Shown here: in pieces, positions 1-9,300 of the stretch
How the letters are laid out: the number at the start of each line of letters is the position of its first letter
How positions within the stretch are numbered: the stretch's first letter is position 1
From: a virus
Lineage: Duplodnaviria; Caudoviricetes
Reading direction: 5' to 3' (one strand)
DNA length: 64,000 nucleotides
IMG/VR virus record: IMGVR_UViG_3300021399_000115
Coordinates: 68,320 to 132,319 of that record
Translations under genes and position numbers: made by a program
The notes under the pieces: generated by a model
The model's database searches: none
Seen by the model: the letters and a program-made list of their open reading frames with translations, nothing else
Told to the model about the DNA's origin: nothing

Positions 1-1123
1 GTTCATCATAGTCATTTACACTAATGTCCGGCAATGTAAAAACGTACATCATAATTATTAAATCTTTGACTGTGTATTTTTTGTTAAGATAGTTTGGATT
101 TACCTCAGATAAAGAATTGAATTTCTTTTGGATATCATTTTTGATGGTTACAACAGCCGAAGTCTCATTCTCAATTTCAATTTTTTTAACATAGAAAGAA
201 TCAACCACAGCTGCGAAATCTGCTTCTTTAATTAGCCCGTCATTACGAGCAATCATTCCCTGAAGGTTGCTCATTGGGTCTTCATTCAATCTCTTAACGA
301 CTCGGTTCGCAACATTATACTGATTGTAGGAAGCGGAATCAGTCCTTTTCATTTGAGTTTTTTGATCTTTCTGGAAGATAAACTGATTTGCTTTTTCCGT
401 AGAATAGTTAACAAATCTGATTTCCATCGGATAATCAAAATCCTTATCAAAGTTATATATCTCTGCCATTCCGAGCCAGCGGTGATAACCATCAATGATA
501 TTGAACTTATCGTTTACCAGGCTATATATCTTGAGGGTGTTATTGCTAAAACTGAATTCCGATCCCTGTGGGATATTGAGTGTGATGTCGTCTGGGATGT
601 AGCGCCCGGTTTTGAACGCTTCCTTGATCTCCTGGACGGACTTCTTATTTATAAATACTCTCATGATTTCCGTGTTGCCGGATTTGATGTGGCGAAATGT
701 TCGCTGTTCGTTCTCATCGTAGTTGATTAATCGAGCGTCCTTCATCGCCATAAGTTCCTGAAATGATGTGCGACCGATCCACTGATCCTCGCTTATCTGG
801 ATGATATCCTTAAATATGAATGGGAAAGTAATTGTTTTATTTTCTACCTTTTCGCTACTTAGTACTTCTATCTCATTGTCGGTAAAGTACAACCCAAGGC
901 GACTTCTTTTAATAAAATATAAGAATGCAAATACTTCAAAAGTTGATGCCTCTGCTATGTCTTTTTTGAATGTGAAATAATCGGTAGTAGCCTCAATAGG
1001 AATATTAAACTTGGAGTAAATCTGTCTATATAACTCCATCTTTTCTTTTCTGTTGGTTATATCCATTAACTTCTCATTTAGATAATTATTAAGTTCTGCT
1101 CTGCTTGCTTCGCCGTTTATCAT
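1..1123 (-). CDS. DGQHR/DndB-like ParB-superfamily protein, SPbeta YopQ-like (runs off window edge)
   Basis: Missing from ORF track (no stop in window). ATG at 1123 after an AAAGGAG RBS; hand translation gives ...RYIPDDITLNI...FNIIDGYHRWLGM (DGxHR motif); directly downstream of a tyrosine recombinase as in SPbeta yopP-yopQ. Confidence 0.7.
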   Translation of the reverse strand, partial: MINGEASRAELNNYLNEKLMDITNRKEKMELYRQIYSKFNIPIEATTDYFTFKKDIAEASTFEVFAFLYFIKRSRLGLYFTDNEIEVLSSEKVENKTITFPFIFKDIIQISEDQWIGRTSFQELMAMKDARLINYDENEQRTFRHIKSGNTEIMRVFINKKSVQEIKEAFKTGRYIPDDITLNIPQGSEFSFSNNTLKIYSLVNDKFNIIDGYHRWLGMAEIYNFDKDFDYPMEIRFVNYSTEKANQFIFQKDQKTQMKRTDSASYNQYNVANRVVKRLNEDPMSNLQGMIARNDGLIKEADFAAVVDSFYVKKIEIENETSAVVTIKNDIQKKFNSLSEVNPNYLNKKYTVKDLIIMMYVFTLPDISVNDYDE

Positions 1124-1184
1124 AATTGGTCTCCTTTCTCTTATTTAATAATACAACATAATGGTATTGGTTGCAAGTGCATTT

Positions 1185-2147
1185 TTATTCATCATCAATG
1201 ATATTTCCAAGGAAATTACCCATAAGTGTAGCTGCCTTCTGGGAGGCGGTATTTTTCTGACCACGAATATAGATTTCTGTTGTTTTAGGAGATGCATGCC
1301 CCATACATTCCTGAGTAAGATACAGATCTTTTGTCTTTGCATACAATTCAGTGCCAAAAGTTCCACGAAGTTTGTGTGGTGTTTTTCCCGTATATTTCTC
1401 CACCATAGATACAATAGATGTGGTAGACAGTCTATTATGTCTTTTAGAGATAAATGCCGCCGGCTCACTAGTTACCATAGTCTCCCTATATTTAAACCAC
1501 TCTTTTACACTGGCAATCGTAGATTCCGGACAATAGATTTTACGATTTTTATCTCCTTTTTCCGCAACAGTTATTGAATTATCCTCAAAATTAAAATCCT
1601 TTACATCAAGTTTATACAGAGCCGCACGACGAATTCCGGTACCGAGAAACACCGCAAGGATTGCCTTATTTCTTGCTTTCTGCCAATCCGGATCATCGGA
1701 CTCGTTAACCATACGAAACGCATTAGCACATTGTCTCTTGGTAAGAAATCCATTTTCCCTCTTGTCAATCTGTTCCTGAGTTTCAATTGGTTTCGGTCTT
1801 TCCACGAACTGCATATAGTCCTTTGTATTAAGTTCGTTTGCATATAAATATTTTGACAACTTTTTCATAGCCGCATATGATGTGATTCTATTGGAAGAAG
1901 AATAATCCTTTAGTGTTGCCAGATGTCTTACATAGTTCTCCAATTTAATTTCCGAGGGATCGGCAATTTCTTCCTCATCTAAAAATCTAATTGCCTTATA
2001 CACATAGTTCCATGCGGACGTATATGTCATATTAGTCAACAGATAATAATAGAATCCAGTCAAGAACTTGTAACCACTTTTTTCAATTTTTCTAAGTGCA
2101 AGCTGTTCGTAATTTTTATCGTACTGTTTCTTTCCCATTTCGCTCAT
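1185..2147 (-). CDS. Tyrosine recombinase (YopP-like position)
   Basis: Complete catalytic set: TGIRR (R), EKGDK (K), PHKLR (HxxR), MGHAS (H), TTEIY (Y). Confidence 0.92.
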   Translation of the reverse strand: MSEMGKKQYDKNYEQLALRKIEKSGYKFLTGFYYYLLTNMTYTSAWNYVYKAIRFLDEEEIADPSEIKLENYVRHLATLKDYSSSNRITSYAAMKKLSKYLYANELNTKDYMQFVERPKPIETQEQIDKRENGFLTKRQCANAFRMVNESDDPDWQKARNKAILAVFLGTGIRRAALYKLDVKDFNFEDNSITVAEKGDKNRKIYCPESTIASVKEWFKYRETMVTSEPAAFISKRHNRLSTTSIVSMVEKYTGKTPHKLRGTFGTELYAKTKDLYLTQECMGHASPKTTEIYIRGQKNTASQKAATLMGNFLGNIIDDE

Positions 2148-2377
2148 GATATCACCTCTTCCAAATTTTCTACAATTTCTTCCAATGATGAGAGTACATC
2201 TTCCAATATACCTATTGCTTCTTCTGACTGCTCACCGCGCTCACTGCACTGGAGACCTTCCGGCATATTATCAAATGCGTCCTGTTCTTCATTTAATATA
2301 TCTTCGAGTTCGCTTGTTACTTTGTCATTAATAATGTTAATTACCGCACTGATTTTTGCTCTTCTTGCTTTATTCAT
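2144..2377 (-). CDS. Conserved small acidic phage protein
   Basis: RBS GGAG; EEQDAFDNMPEGLQCSERGE motif typical of Firmicute phage hypotheticals. Confidence 0.75.
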   Translation of the reverse strand: MNKARRAKISAVINIINDKVTSELEDILNEEQDAFDNMPEGLQCSERGEQSEEAIGILEDVLSSLEEIVENLEEVIS

Positions 2378-2392
2378 AGCATTCTCTCCTTA

Positions 2393-2560
2393 TTAATAAT
2401 TGTTTTCTATAAATTTGCCTTCTGCTTTACAAAACGGACACCACAAATCTTTGATATGGTTTTTCTCGCGTTTATATCCTTTACTTCTCATAATTGGAAA
2501 CTGTTTTCCGCATTCACTACATTTAAGATATGATGTAAACATATTAGTTCGTTTTCGCAT
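2393..2560 (-). CDS. Zn-ribbon protein with ribosomal L33-like pattern (55 aa)
   Basis: Below ORF-track cutoff. RBS GAGGTG; MRKRTNMFTSYLKCSECGKQFPIMRSKGYKREKNHIKDLWCPFCKAEGKFIENNY, two CxxC pairs spaced as in Zn-binding L33. Confidence 0.65.
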   Translation of the reverse strand: MRKRTNMFTSYLKCSECGKQFPIMRSKGYKREKNHIKDLWCPFCKAEGKFIENNY

Positions 2561-2571
2561 AACACCTCACC

Positions 2572-3177
2572 TCACTTTATTGTTTTATCAAATTTTTCAT
2601 CAGCATAACTACCAAACAACCAATTATCATGAAACCAATATCCACCTTTTAAAGCCACGGTATAAATCATATTATAAAAATATGGTGTGCTCCATGTAAC
2701 GTAATACTTTCTGTCTTCTTCTTTTTCTACTATCTGTTTCCTATCAAAATATCCTTGTTTTACTTCCTTAACTCCTTCCTTATACGGAATAATAACTTTT
2801 GCAAATCTAAGATTGTTATCAATCGCCTCTTGAAGCCAAACAGCATCGTTTTCTGCTTTCGCTTCTTCTATTTCTCGCTTGATTTTATCTTGTTCAGAAG
2901 CGTATTTCTCTCTTGATGGGACATAAATCACACATCCTGTTTTAGCATTTACCCATGCGGTAGTGTTCTTTATACCAGTTACCGGATCAGTGAAAAATTC
3001 TCGTCTAACTCTTTTCCCCGTTACAGTATCATAATAATTTCCATTACGCCATTCAATTCTATCCGGAAGTCCAGCGTTCATAGCCGGAGTTATTTTAGCC
3101 GTCTTTGCCGCATCCTTGATTAAATTTCCTCCGAGCCAACCTACTGCCAAAAATGCTCCTAAAATTCCCATAATCAT
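2572..3177 (-). CDS. Hypothetical protein with N-terminal membrane anchor
   Basis: Hydrophobic N-terminus MIMGILGAFLAVGWLGG; RBS AAAGGA. Confidence 0.7.
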   Translation of the reverse strand: MIMGILGAFLAVGWLGGNLIKDAAKTAKITPAMNAGLPDRIEWRNGNYYDTVTGKRVRREFFTDPVTGIKNTTAWVNAKTGCVIYVPSREKYASEQDKIKREIEEAKAENDAVWLQEAIDNNLRFAKVIIPYKEGVKEVKQGYFDRKQIVEKEEDRKYYVTWSTPYFYNMIYTVALKGGYWFHDNWLFGSYADEKFDKTIK

Positions 3178-3359
3178 TTTTCCTTTCTTATAATATTATC
3201 TCAATGCGCCAAGGATTCCGGCAGCCAGTGTACCACAAACAAACACAAGTATTGGGCCAGCAGAACTACCGTCGGTTGTCAAGCGAACTCCAGCATAAAT
3301 TCCAAATAAACAAATGATTACAATTAACATCAGAAACGCTCCCATAATACCAACCTCCC

Positions 3360-3944
3360 TTACGCTGCCGCAATCTTCATACGCTTCTCAAAAGTTGCTT
3401 TGTACTTGATAAATGCTTCTACCTCATTATACCCAATTGCATTCATGATTTCAATGCGTTCATCCTCATCCAGAATCCTGGTTACTTTAATATCGGAAGT
3501 AATAACCCAAACTCCCTTACCTACCTCACGGAAAAAATAGTATCCGTTATCGGGAACTTTATCTGTAAAACACTTTTTGGGTAATTCACTTACTTCCTTA
3601 TTATAGTCGGTGCTTGCATTGTACTTGACCTCACACCAAACTCGCTTACCAGACTTCCAACGAGGCTTGTAATAACCGGTATCCGTCCCATCATAGGACT
3701 TTAACCACGGAGCATCCGGAACATCTGCACCAATATGCCAACCGCCCCTCGCTGCAAATCCCTTGGTCGGATGAAATTCGGCTTTCATCCACGTATTGAA
3801 CGGCACCGGCGTGTTTTTGTCGATAAACAGTGGAAATAATTCACCTTGCTCATTCATCTCAAAAAGCTTGTAACCAGTCGCCGTTTTTGTAATCATATTA
3901 TTTTTTTCGCCCATCATATTACCACATTCCTTTCTATTTGTCAA
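3360..3944 (-). CDS. Hypothetical phage protein (true start probably downstream of 3944)
   Basis: Long ORF with GYKLF...LFPLFID...RGGWH...RVWCEV motifs; the TTG start in the track overlaps a -35 box. Confidence 0.75.
   Translation of the reverse strand: MTNRKECGNMMGEKNNMITKTATGYKLFEMNEQGELFPLFIDKNTPVPFNTWMKAEFHPTKGFAARGGWHIGADVPDAPWLKSYDGTDTGYYKPRWKSGKRVWCEVKYNASTDYNKEVSELPKKCFTDKVPDNGYYFFREVGKGVWVITSDIKVTRILDEDERIEIMNAIGYNEVEAFIKYKATFEKRMKIAAA
3916..3944 (-). promoter_or_regulatory. sigma-A type promoter
   Basis: Minus strand TTGACA-N17-TAATAT with extended -10 TG. Confidence 0.65.
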
Positions 3945-3963
3945 TACCTTATTTAATAATTAA

Positions 3964-4773
3964 TCAAATGTGTCGAGTGTTCTCTTCGCTTTCCACTAGG
4001 GCAACGAACTCATTCCAAAGCGGATCCGCTTTCGGATTGTAGCTAGAACCATGCTCAAGAAACAGCACATGCTTCAGATCCTGACAAGCTCGGCAGCTGT
4101 CGCAATGCTGTTCGCCGTCAACCGCACATCTGCAAATATGCGTTTCAATTCCGGCGGATCTCAATGCCTTGTACATTTCCATCACATGATCGCAATGACC
4201 ATAATTCAGACCAAACCCAGGCACCAGACTCTTGACAATGTTGAATCCCTCAACATCATCAAATGCGTTCTCGGCAACGGGGTTCTTGGTGTATGCCCAC
4301 ATACGAGTGGACGGGCAGTTAGCCTTAATACGTTTCCACATAGCAATGTATTCCTCGGAGAAGAAATCTCCGGTGATGTGAACACGAACAAAGTCAAGCG
4401 GTTTTCCGTATTTACCCCAGTTAATCTGAGCGGTGATAGCATTCTCAAGCCAGTCCATATGCTGACGAGCAGCTACTGTTCTCCAGGCATTTGCGTTGTA
4501 AACACCGCTCATTGCATATCTACCGGAGCAACCGTAGCAATGTTCACACTGAAGAGGGCAAGTTCCTTTCATAGTGCAAGATTTGCCGTTGAATTCAACG
4601 TGCCATTCTTTTGTACCGGCCAGTGTGCTCCATCCATAGCAATGAGTCTTGGATCCCCATGTGAGCGGAAGGGATACCCACTGTCCCCACGGTGCAAGGA
4701 TTTTGTTGCCTTTAGTTCTGTACTCGATACCATAGCTTCCAAAGAATTCTTTCTTTCTCATCATTATACGCAC
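3964..4773 (-). CDS. Phage Gp88-like (radical-SAM-like) protein
   Basis: CPLQCEHCY (CxxxCxxC), RVHITGDFFS, MWAYTK and C-terminal CxC..CxxCxxC, characteristic of the GP88 family. Confidence 0.75.
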   Translation of the reverse strand: MRIMMRKKEFFGSYGIEYRTKGNKILAPWGQWVSLPLTWGSKTHCYGWSTLAGTKEWHVEFNGKSCTMKGTCPLQCEHCYGCSGRYAMSGVYNANAWRTVAARQHMDWLENAITAQINWGKYGKPLDFVRVHITGDFFSEEYIAMWKRIKANCPSTRMWAYTKNPVAENAFDDVEGFNIVKSLVPGFGLNYGHCDHVMEMYKALRSAGIETHICRCAVDGEQHCDSCRACQDLKHVLFLEHGSSYNPKADPLWNEFVALVESEENTRHI

Positions 4774-4819
4774 ACTCCTTAATAATTAATTGATAATGGA
4801 TTTTTGTTTTCTCTATATA

Positions 4820-4849
4820 AAAAGGAACCAGCCGAAGCCAGTTCCTTTT
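4820..4849 (-). terminator. Hairpin terminator
   Basis: AAAAGGAAC...GTTCCTTTT inverted repeat just after the stop of 4854..5141. Confidence 0.55.
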
Positions 4850-4853
4850 GTTG

Positions 4854-5141
4854 TTAGCTATTGATTATGCTACGTACAGCACGGGGGTTGTTCTCATTGT
4901 ATGGAATTACCTTAATCACATTATGTTCAAGATTCCATTTGGATATTGTCACGGGGTACGGAGCAGATGTTTTCCATCCGCGAGGATTCATATGGGGAAG
5001 TACCTCACATAAATACCAGGTAGAATATTCTGCCTTGACAACAATCGGCAGATAGATATCTTTGTAGGTATCCGTCCCCATGAAGTAGTCAAGTTTCGCT
5101 CTTGCTTTCTGATTAACTCTCAGTGTTTTTAATAATTTCAT
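4854..5141 (-). CDS. Hypothetical protein
   Basis: ORF with GAGGAGG RBS. Confidence 0.7.
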   Translation of the reverse strand: MKLLKTLRVNQKARAKLDYFMGTDTYKDIYLPIVVKAEYSTWYLCEVLPHMNPRGWKTSAPYPVTISKWNLEHNVIKVIPYNENNPRAVRSIINS

Positions 5142-5557
5142 TTATCTTCCTCCTCAGTAATTATTTTCTATTCCTCAAGTAAATGTTTGTGTACTTCTTA
5201 TATAATGTCTTCGCTTTTACCTTGTTGCCCATAGGATAAGACCGGTGAGTTTCCTTATAGTCTACATAATCCGATGTTTCATAAACATGAACCACATATA
5301 CCGTTGCTCCGTAGTGTTTGCCAACCATCAATTCACACACCATTTTCCCGTCTGTAGTTGCGCAAGATTCTATTGTCTTGGTCATTGTATCACGCTCCAT
5401 TCTTTAATAATCACTGTTCAATAGCTACGCAAGACCACTCTGGATGAGCGGCGAGAATTGCCTCTACATGATCATCGCCCTGGAGTGTATCAACCCAAAA
5501 CATTACGCAGCCGATTTCGTCTACAATCGCGGTTCTGAATTCCATTTGTACCCCTCC

Positions 5558-5722
5558 TTAATCGACAACACATACATCATAATCAGTACCCCAGCACATA
5601 CCATCATTATCATCGTCCTTTTCATCTCTGGCACATGCAATCTTTTTCGCTTCTTCTTCGTTTTCTGCTTCAACGAAATAACGGTGTTTTTCTTTATAGG
5701 TTATTACTACTTCGTACTTCAT
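5558..5722 (-). CDS. DpnD/PcfM-like small protein
   Basis: MKYEVVITYKEKHRYFVEAENEEEAKKIA after a GGAGATGATAAT RBS; start corrected from the track. Confidence 0.55.
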   Translation of the reverse strand: MKYEVVITYKEKHRYFVEAENEEEAKKIACARDEKDDDNDGMCWGTDYDVCVVD

Positions 5723-5726
5723 ATTA

Positions 5727-6068
5727 TCATCTCCATTCTTCATCATCATAGTCATCAGCTTCTTCAATAGACACAATTCTAAGTTCGTCCTTCGCCCAGT
5801 CGAGAGCATCATCCATAGCCACTTCCTTATTGGTTGCATCAACAATGTACTCTTCGTCACAACCTACAAAGCCAAAGTTAACCGTGACTCTGTAGTCCTT
5901 AACGAATGAATCATCGTCATCATCTACATCAACAGAAATGACGTCGAGGTTTTCACTTGCAAGATATAAGGCGATTTCCTTTGCCTTGTTTTCGTTGTCA
6001 GCTTCCACATAAAACTCGTCATCTGCTCCGAGAAAACTGAAATTTACTACTACTCTGTAATTCTTCAT
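5727..6068 (-). CDS. Acidic protein with two internal DpnD/PcfM-like repeats
   Basis: YRVVVNF..GADDEFYVEADNENKAKEIAL and YRVTVNF..GCDEEYIVDATNKEVAMDDAL. Confidence 0.7.
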   Translation of the reverse strand: MKNYRVVVNFSFLGADDEFYVEADNENKAKEIALYLASENLDVISVDVDDDDDSFVKDYRVTVNFGFVGCDEEYIVDATNKEVAMDDALDWAKDELRIVSIEEADDYDDEEWR

Positions 6069-6395
6069 ATTGTCGTTCTCCTTTGTATTTAATATTTCAT
6101 TTTCTCTACGACTACGTATTCATCACCGTAAAGTTCTTTTAATCCATTAACTACCTCGGCAGCTTCCAGTGTATTCTTATGGATAATCCTACATTTATAA
6201 AAATAACTCACTGCACCGGCTGTATACGGCTCATGCCACCAATGACCGTGACTATCTTTCCAGATGCTAACACAACCCCATAGCCCGTTTCCCTCGTATG
6301 ATTCGGGGAATATGCATAAGTACTTCCAAATCTTCATATACGGATCATACTCTCTACGGATGATTACCTTCTCTATACTCATACTATCATCTCCA

Positions 6396-9300
6396 ATCAA
6401 ACTTGATCTTTATTCTACGTAAAACTCCATCCTTAATGACCTGCTGTCAAAATCACTAAACATATCTTTAGGAAGGACAATTTCATAATCTCCAGCCTTG
6501 GTATAAATCCGATCTCCTTTAATATAAACTTCCCTTCCTCGAGACCATATTCTACCAATATCATTCCAGATTTTGTCTATAACTTCCTCTGGGAATCTAT
6601 GATAATATTTTGTATCCAAATCCACGGTAGCATGAGGAATAATGATTTTCTTTATATGATATCCCATCAGCTCAAGACCTTTAATAATATTCTTGATTTG
6701 TTTGATATCATAACCTTTTTCTTCATAGACATATCCATTCTGGTATGTCTCGCTTCTCAATGTGATATTATCAATATCCGCAATTACTGGCTTTTTATTA
6801 AGCAAGTAATTATTAAAATAAACTTTCATACTATCATCTCCTATCAAACGTGTTTTTTATTTAATTTCATTTCTAATTATGTTCAATATTTCTTTTCTAT
6901 ATTTTTCATAATACATATCCAGATAATATTCCATTTCTTCATCATTTTTAACCAGCTCAGTCAGCTTGTACATTTTGCCCTGGTTTATAAAATGACATGA
7001 ACTTACATACCATTCATTATCATCAATATTGAATCCATAACAAAATTCCATGAATATATCTTTTTTTGGTATTTTGAAATAATCATTTACAGATACACAA
7101 CCACCCATATCAAGTTCCGCAAGAACATCAATTTTATTGAGCAATTCATATTTCGTCTTGATGTTGAATAACTCAATACCAAGTGATTCTAAATGTGAAT
7201 CACAATGATGATATCCATATTTAACCATCCCATCTTTAATAATTCCCACATAAGATCTTGTTGACATATAATTCTCTCCCTTCATCAAAACTGTGTAATG
7301 CCTTCACGCAACTCAATCATCTTAACCTTCATGCCAAGTTTTTCTTCGTATTTATTAACTAAGTTTCCATGATAACCAATAAACAGCCCAGGGTATTTAG
7401 TAATCAGATACAACGTGTTTTCTTCTACATGAAATACTGTTGTGTCTTTATAAACACTGCTAAGACAAAGTGCTTCACTTTTCCATTGCTGGATAATATC
7501 TGTCATATTATCGTCTCCCTTCATCAAACGTGTCTTTTATTTCTGATATAATTCTTTATGTAATTCATTGTAATTATTGCTGCTTCTTACAAAGTTTCCA
7601 TCTTTATCAATTAAGACGTAATAAATATTTCCAAACTTATCTTCGCTTCTTATAATTTCTCCGTAGTTTTTTCTTTTTGTTATCAATCTTGTTATCATAT
7701 TATTCTCCCTTCATCAAAGCTGGTTTTATTTCCATCTAAACCCAGTTCTGCTTCGCTGCGTTCTACTGAGTCTTCCATACTCAGTATTGAATTCTTCTTT
7801 AAACTTCTGAAGCTGCCTATACATCTGCTCTTCAGATTCACAAAGTCTCATTCTTTCTGCCATCGTCTGAAATTCTCCAGCCCAATCTAAGTTTGTTCTC
7901 AGCTCTATTTCTTTTGGCATGTTATCACTTCCCTTCATTTCGCCTTGTAACTATCAATAATGTTTTTATATTCCACCAATAAATCCCTTACTTCTCCGAC
8001 TGCTTTTGCAAGTTTTTCATCAGGATATTTCATAGCAGCTTCATATAATTTCTGCATCACTTCCTGGTATTCTCTTACGTTTTTCATTACATCATCTCCA
8101 TTCAAAGTTAATTTTTATTCGTACACTCTATAGTTCTGCCGACCATGCTTAAATCCGTTAAAATCAATGTAGTTTTCCATCCATTTACAAGCATCATCGA
8201 ATGATGTGAAATAATTGTTACTAAACTTTCCGTTATGCCACTCTTCCCATCTCACTTTCTTTCTTCCAGTCCTTGTGCGTTCTACGAATTTGAAAATTGC
8301 AAACTCAGTTCCGTCTGGCAGACTATAAAAAGCTCGATCAACACATGCAACCTCACCAAGTTCCCAATCATTTTCACCCCATGTGCCAGGAGTAAATTCT
8401 ATTTTCAGTTTATATTTCGGATAATCGTATTTCATGTAACCACCTCCGTTAGTTAATCAACATATCATGCAGTGCATCTCTACACTCTTCATCCGTGAGT
8501 TCCCTTATCTGGTCGCGACCGTACACAAAATTGCCATGTTTATTATGGACGGTATAATCATACGTGCCGTTATCATAGCGGTATATTTTGCTTATAACGC
8601 CGATTTCACCATAAACATGGGTGTTATAGCAACCGTCCGGCATGTCAACAATTACCTTTACTAATGAGCCTATTGACATTTTGCTATTCTCCTCTCTTTA
8701 AACAATCTCAACTACCTTGCCAACCCTTGCGTTTTCAAAGTATCCATCACTTATCTGCCCTTCCATTTCCTCGTCGCATTCTTCCCAGGTGTTACGAGTA
8801 ATGTGAATAAGTGAATAATCATGTGTACCGGTTTTATCGAAGTTATCGGCCTCGAAAATCCGAACACCGTCTGCCTTATTTGACCAATCCCACTTGACTG
8901 ATGGGCCAAAACTTTCACGCTGCCGATGACCATCCGCACCGTATACTTTCCATGTACGAGTTATTGCCATAGAATCATCTCCCTTCATCAAACCTATCTT
9001 TCATCGTAGATAACCTTGCGACCTTCTTTAATTACAATTCTGTAATTCTCTTTGTGCTTGTATTTATCGAAGTATTCCAGATTGTTGCTACCTTCCTTTC
9101 TATGGAATGCACCGTTCCAGTTGTTATAAACATACATCGTATACTTGTATTTCACTAAATCACCTCGCTTTAATCGCAAATCCTACAATTCTAAATGGGA
9201 CGGTATGATCATAATGCTTCTTAAACTTTTCAATACCATCATGTGCTTCTGCTTCTGTCTTATATTCACTGCCGATTGTTACTTCCCAATCTTTTTTCCC

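Noticed and set aside
1-1123. Dnd phosphorothioation system (DndB-like gene plus IscS)
   Set aside because: The genes are 57 kb apart, no dndCDE is visible, and the DGxHR gene is explained by SPbeta yopQ synteny.
6383-6400. Shared N-terminal peptide MxGDDxM as a protein motif
   Set aside because: It is the translated site/RBS DNA motif; real starts are the second Met.
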